A stretch of 64,000 nt of DNA, from positions 6,239 through 70,238 of IMG/VR virus record IMGVR_UViG_3300036782_000052; one strand, written 5' to 3'. This document shows, piece by piece, positions 60,148 to 64,000 of the stretch (its first letter is position 1; each line of letters opens with the position of its first letter). Made by a program: the position numbers and the translations under genes. The notes under the pieces were generated by a model. The model did not search any database. It saw only the letters and a list, made by a program, of their open reading frames with translations, and was not told the origin of the DNA. Origin of the DNA: a virus.

Positions 60148-60193
60148 GGGTCCTTCACATGTGATTTACGACGGAGGGCATTGCGCGCGCCCT
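60148..60193 (+). other. candidate lambda-like cos site (cosQ + cosN)
   Basis: GGGTCCT at 60148 and pseudo-palindrome AGGGC-N9-GCCCT centred about 30 nt downstream, at the switch from leftward to rightward genes ahead of the terminase. Confidence 0.5.
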
Positions 60194-60278
60194 GTTTATC
60201 GCTAGTGCCAGGATTTTTAACGCGTTTCCGTTTCCTCTTGAGTATGGCTATGTTTCCTGCAAGCGGGGGACAAACAAG

Positions 60279-60674
60279 ATGGTAGCCTACAGTTTCCGCA
60301 AGCAGTTCGTGAAGCCGATCATCGAGGGGACCAAGCGCCAGACCATCCGGGCCGTGCGACGGTCGCGGCATGTCCACCATGGCGAGCAGATGCAGCTCTA
60401 CACCGCGATGCGGACCAAGTACTGTCGCCTGATCGGGCGCGCCTACTGCCTCAGTGTCCAGTCGATCTACCTGGACTTCAAGACATCGAATGTGCGGATC
60501 GAGGGGAACACCGGCACGACCAACCTCTTCCCGGCCGGCCTGGACGACTTCGCCCGCGATGACGGCTTCAAGGACTGGGCGGCCCTGCGCGCCTTCTGGG
60601 TGGTTGACCATCCGGGCGTGACAGTCTTCGTGGGCGTCATCATCCGCTGGACCGAGTTCGCGCCCGCGATGTAG
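60279..60674 (+). CDS. ASCH/PUA domain protein
   Basis: F...I..GTKRQTIR...G..QLY..MR...FA.DDGF. Confidence 0.75.
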   Translation: MVAYSFRKQFVKPIIEGTKRQTIRAVRRSRHVHHGEQMQLYTAMRTKYCRLIGRAYCLSVQSIYLDFKTSNVRIEGNTGTTNLFPAGLDDFARDDGFKDWAALRAFWVVDHPGVTVFVGVIIRWTEFAPAM

Positions 60675-60715
60675 TCTCCCACGACCACGGCGCTAAGCCG
60701 TCGTCAAGGAGACCC

Positions 60716-61318
60716 ATGCCCCCGTTCTCGCTGCCCTACAAAGGCGATCGCTTCTCCTGGGCCGTCCGGTGTGTCGGCTGGAGCAATGCCGAGTGCGCCT
60801 GGCGCCTCAAGACCGACACCGGAACGCTGACCCAGATGTTCCGCGACAAGCGCTTCATGCCGGATGTGCTCGCGTTCTGGATCGAAAGCCTGGCCGCTAT
60901 CCACGCCAACAGCCCCGCGCCGACGTTCTTGTGGCAGGACCCCGAGGGGCGGCCTGATCGGGATGTCGGCCGAATTGCTCGCCGAGGCGGACTGCGAATC
61001 GATACAACGTCACGGCCGCCGATCCCGACTCATTTCAGCGAACCGCCGGGCCCACTCTCGCTGCCCTACAAAGGCAGCCGCATGGCCTGGGCGCTGGATA
61101 TAATCGGCTGGAATGATCCGGTCACCTGCGAGCGGATCAACGTCACGATCCCTTGGCTCAGGCAGGCGCACCGCGACCAAGAGCCGATCCCCGACGCCCT
61201 GGCGCTCTGGCTCGAAGGCCTGGCGGCGGTCCACATTGCGCTGCCCTATCCGATCGGGTGGCGGGCGTGGTCGACGCCGGTTGCAGCCCTCCCCGGCCCT
61301 TCGTCGTTGCGGGATTAG
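60716..61318 (+). CDS. hypothetical protein with two repeated HTH-like domains
   Basis: SLPYKG.R..WA...GW...PD.LA.W.E.LAA.H occurs twice. Confidence 0.6.
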   Translation: MPPFSLPYKGDRFSWAVRCVGWSNAECAWRLKTDTGTLTQMFRDKRFMPDVLAFWIESLAAIHANSPAPTFLWQDPEGRPDRDVGRIARRGGLRIDTTSRPPIPTHFSEPPGPLSLPYKGSRMAWALDIIGWNDPVTCERINVTIPWLRQAHRDQEPIPDALALWLEGLAAVHIALPYPIGWRAWSTPVAALPGPSSLRD

Positions 61319-61391
61319 TTCTTGACAGAGAGAAGGTTTAGTGTGCTGAAATCACTACGATCCCACATTTAGTGCCGCGATAGCCAAAACC

Positions 61392-62051
61392 ATGCTCGGA
61401 ATTTCGGTCAAGGCGGACGTGGCGCGCACCGTTCGCGGGCTGAACAACATCGCGAAAAGCCAGCTGCCGCAGGCGATCAAGCTGGCTTTGGATGACGTCG
61501 CGGAACAGGCCAAGATCGCCGAGCGCGCGAACATACAGAAGGTCTTCAAGCACCCGCGGCCGTTCACCGTCAACTCGCCAGCGGTCAAGAGGGCGACCAA
61601 GCAGAACCTGACGGCCATCGTCTACGTGCGCGACAAGACGGCCAAATACCTGGAACCCTACGAGTTTGGCGGTGTGCACGTGCTGCCCGGAACGGCGCTC
61701 TTGAACCCGAAAGACATTCGTCTGGATCAGTACGGCCAGCTGACCAAGGGAACGCCGGCCCGATTGAAAGCCAACCCCGAGGTCTTCGTTGCCACGATCA
61801 AGGGCATCACCGGGTTCTGGAAGCGTTACCGGGTGCGCGGCCGCGATGCGCAGGGCAAGCCAGCGAAGAACAAGCGGGGCGAAGCGATCTGGGTCAACAA
61901 GGTCAAGCTGCTGCTGCGCTTCGGTGACGCACTACCGGTCAAGGAGCATCTCGACTTTCGGGTTCGCGCTTTGGCCGTGGTCAAGGCGAACTTCGTGCAG
62001 GCCTTCAAGACAGCCGTTGCCAAGACGATCGCGACCGCCCGCATTCCCTGA
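61392..62051 (+). CDS. basic phage structural protein (gpZ/minor-tail-like)
   Basis: QLP.A...AL...A...F..P.PFT...ATK..L.A.V. Confidence 0.6.
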   Translation: MLGISVKADVARTVRGLNNIAKSQLPQAIKLALDDVAEQAKIAERANIQKVFKHPRPFTVNSPAVKRATKQNLTAIVYVRDKTAKYLEPYEFGGVHVLPGTALLNPKDIRLDQYGQLTKGTPARLKANPEVFVATIKGITGFWKRYRVRGRDAQGKPAKNKRGEAIWVNKVKLLLRFGDALPVKEHLDFRVRALAVVKANFVQAFKTAVAKTIATARIP

Positions 62052-62086
62052 CTTTCACACCTAGTGTCAAACCGGCCGAGGCCACC

Positions 62087-62665
62087 ATGGCGAATGAGGA
62101 CGGCACCCATCCGATCGGCACGGTCGCGGCTCTGCTCGACCTGACCGAGCGGCGCGTTAACCAGCTGACCAATGAGGGCGTAATCCCGAAGGTAGCGCAC
62201 GGCCGCTACAACCTGCCGATGGCGGTGCGGGCGTATATCAAATACCTCCGCGAACGCGCGGTGCAGGGCGATCCCAAAGGGGCCGACGAGGTTGGCGCAT
62301 CGCGGGCGGCCTTGCTCAAGGCCCGGGCGCGGATGGCGACCTTGGAAGCCGACCAGGCCGAGGGCTCGCTGCTCAAGCGCGCCGATGTCGAGCGGGTCTG
62401 GGTGGCCATCATTGCCGCGATGCGCAGCCGCATCCTGGCGATCCCATCCTCGGTCGCGCAGTCGATCGTGTTCCTCAATACCCCGGCGCAAGTCGCCGAT
62501 CTCCTGACAAACGCCGTATCGGAAGCGTTGGACGAAATTGCCACTACCCCCGTCTACACCGAGCTCGATCAGGTCCGCGCAAGCCTCGCTGACCGAAGCC
62601 ATCAGGACGGCGCTGAGGATCGCGAAGGCGCCGCCGATCCTGACGGTGTCGCAGTGGGCGGATGA
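62087..62665 (+). CDS. terminase small subunit (Nu1-like)
   Basis: VA.LL.LT.RRV.QL..EG.I......Y.L...V..YI.YLR wHTH plus coiled coil. Confidence 0.85.
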   Translation: MANEDGTHPIGTVAALLDLTERRVNQLTNEGVIPKVAHGRYNLPMAVRAYIKYLRERAVQGDPKGADEVGASRAALLKARARMATLEADQAEGSLLKRADVERVWVAIIAAMRSRILAIPSSVAQSIVFLNTPAQVADLLTNAVSEALDEIATTPVYTELDQVRASLADRSHQDGAEDREGAADPDGVAVGG

Positions 62666-64000
62666 AAACCGCGTCCTGAGCCCGGAGGCCTCGGCGGAAC
62701 CGGGCCGATGGAACACCAACCGACAGCCGTATCAACGCGAGATCATGAACGCCATGGGCGATCGGACGATCCCGCTCGTGGTGATGATGAGCAGCAGCCA
62801 GGTCGGCAAGACGGAAGGTCTGCTGAACCTCGTCGGCTATCACATGGACCAGGACCCAGCGCCAATGCTGGTGATCCAGCCGACGCTTGATATGGCCGAA
62901 ACGTGGTCGAAGGACCGGCTGTCGCCGATGCTGCGCGACAGTCGGGTGCTGCAGCGCAAGGTGGCCGACGCCCGAGCCCGCGACAGCGGCAACACCATTC
63001 TGCACAAGGAGTTTGACGGCGGGCAGATCAGCATGGCCGGGGCCAACAGCGCCGCCAGCCTGTCGATGCGGCCGATCCGCATCCTGCTCTGCGATGAGGT
63101 CGACCGCTATCCCGCGTCAGCCAGCGGTGAGGGTGACCCCGTGGCACTGGCGCAGAAGAGGACGACGACCTTCTGGAACCGCAAGACGGTGTTGACCTCG
63201 ACGCCGACGATCGCGGGGTTTTCCCGGATCGAACGCGCCTGGGAAGGCTCCGATCAGCGGCATTATCTGGTCCCCTGCCCGCACTGCGGCGCGTTCCAAA
63301 CTCTCGAATGGGGTAGTAAAACATCGGCTTACGGCATCAAGTGGAAGCAGGATGACAAGGGAAAGCACCTGCCCGAGACGGCCTTCTACGTCTGCCGGGA
63401 AAACGGCTGCATCATCGAGGAGCGGTCGAAGGGCGAGATGGTCCACGCCGGGCGGTGGGAGGCGAGCAAGCCGTTCGCGGGGATCGCCGGCTTCCATATC
63501 TGGGCCGCCTACAGCCTCCAGGTCAATTCGTCCTGGCCGCACCTCGTCGCGGAGTGGCTGGACGCCAAGGGCGACACGCTCACCCGCCAGACCTTCGTCA
63601 ACCTGGTTCTCGGTTTGCCCTACGAGGAACGCGACGACAAGGCGCTCTCCGAGCGCCGGCTGGCGAGCCAGGTGGAGGTTTACGAGGCCGAGGTGCCGGA
63701 TGGCGTGGCGGTGCTCACCGCCGGGGTCGACGTCCAGCATGACCGCATCGAGATCGAGGTGGTGGGCTGGGGCCGCAACGAGGAAAGCTGGTCGATCGTC
63801 CATGAGGTGATCGAGGGCGATCCGGACCTGAACCACACCTGGGCCGACGTCGACAGCTTCCTCAAACGGGTCTGGCATCGCGGCGATGGCCGGGGTTTCG
63901 CCGTGCAAGCGGCCTGTGTGGACTCCGGTGGGCACCACACGCAACGGGTTTACGAGTTCTGCAAGGCGCGGCTGGCGCGGCATATCTGGGCGATCAAGGG
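62538..64000 (+). CDS. terminase large subunit, lambda gpA family (runs off the window)
   Basis: LTVSQWAD, SSQVGKT, DEVDRY, STPT, CPHC, TAGVDVQ, VDSGG read from the DNA; TTG start at 62538 is inferred. Confidence 0.92.
   Translation, partial: MPLPPSTPSSIRSAQASLTEAIRTALRIAKAPPILTVSQWADENRVLSPEASAEPGRWNTNRQPYQREIMNAMGDRTIPLVVMMSSSQVGKTEGLLNLVGYHMDQDPAPMLVIQPTLDMAETWSKDRLSPMLRDSRVLQRKVADARARDSGNTILHKEFDGGQISMAGANSAASLSMRPIRILLCDEVDRYPASASGEGDPVALAQKRTTTFWNRKTVLTSTPTIAGFSRIERAWEGSDQRHYLVPCPHCGAFQTLEWGSKTSAYGIKWKQDDKGKHLPETAFYVCRENGCIIEERSKGEMVHAGRWEASKPFAGIAGFHIWAAYSLQVNSSWPHLVAEWLDAKGDTLTRQTFVNLVLGLPYEERDDKALSERRLASQVEVYEAEVPDGVAVLTAGVDVQHDRIEIEVVGWGRNEESWSIVHEVIEGDPDLNHTWADVDSFLKRVWHRGDGRGFAVQAACVDSGGHHTQRVYEFCKARLARHIWAIK

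Noticed and set aside
1-64000. tRNA, rRNA, integrase or IS elements; many antisense ORFs in the track
   Set aside because: None recognised; overlapping antisense ORFs are typical high-GC shadows

Overview
The whole window is a GC-rich tailed-phage or prophage genome segment; an alphaproteobacterial host is inferred from GapR-like and DUF6456-like genes. 1-20.9 kb (+): Mu-like baseplate, a GH5 cellulase fused into the gp48/YmfQ baseplate protein, several fibre/receptor-binding genes, GH24 endolysin, holin-like genes and a double glycoside hydrolase. 21-33 kb: accessory genes and a leftward operon RecE-like nuclease > Sak4-like ATPase > Cas7/RAMP-like protein > 158-aa protein > ~1 kb non-coding array of NN-GGY pentamers punctuated by GGCGGTC. 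This is the top finding: a candidate phage RNA-guided system without CRISPR repeats. 33-44 kb: cI/cro switch, DUF1376 initiator with iterons, ParB-like and methyltransferase-like genes. 45-60 kb (-): early cassettes (DUF5131, DUF2786, clamp-like, ATP ligase) with a recurrent structured leader and an enriched AAGCATGCTT palindrome, then a GATC/TCGA-free island bracketed by phased repeat arrays. A lambda-like cos candidate lies near 60.15 kb, followed by terminase genes. All calls come from reading the sequence by eye; no searches were run.
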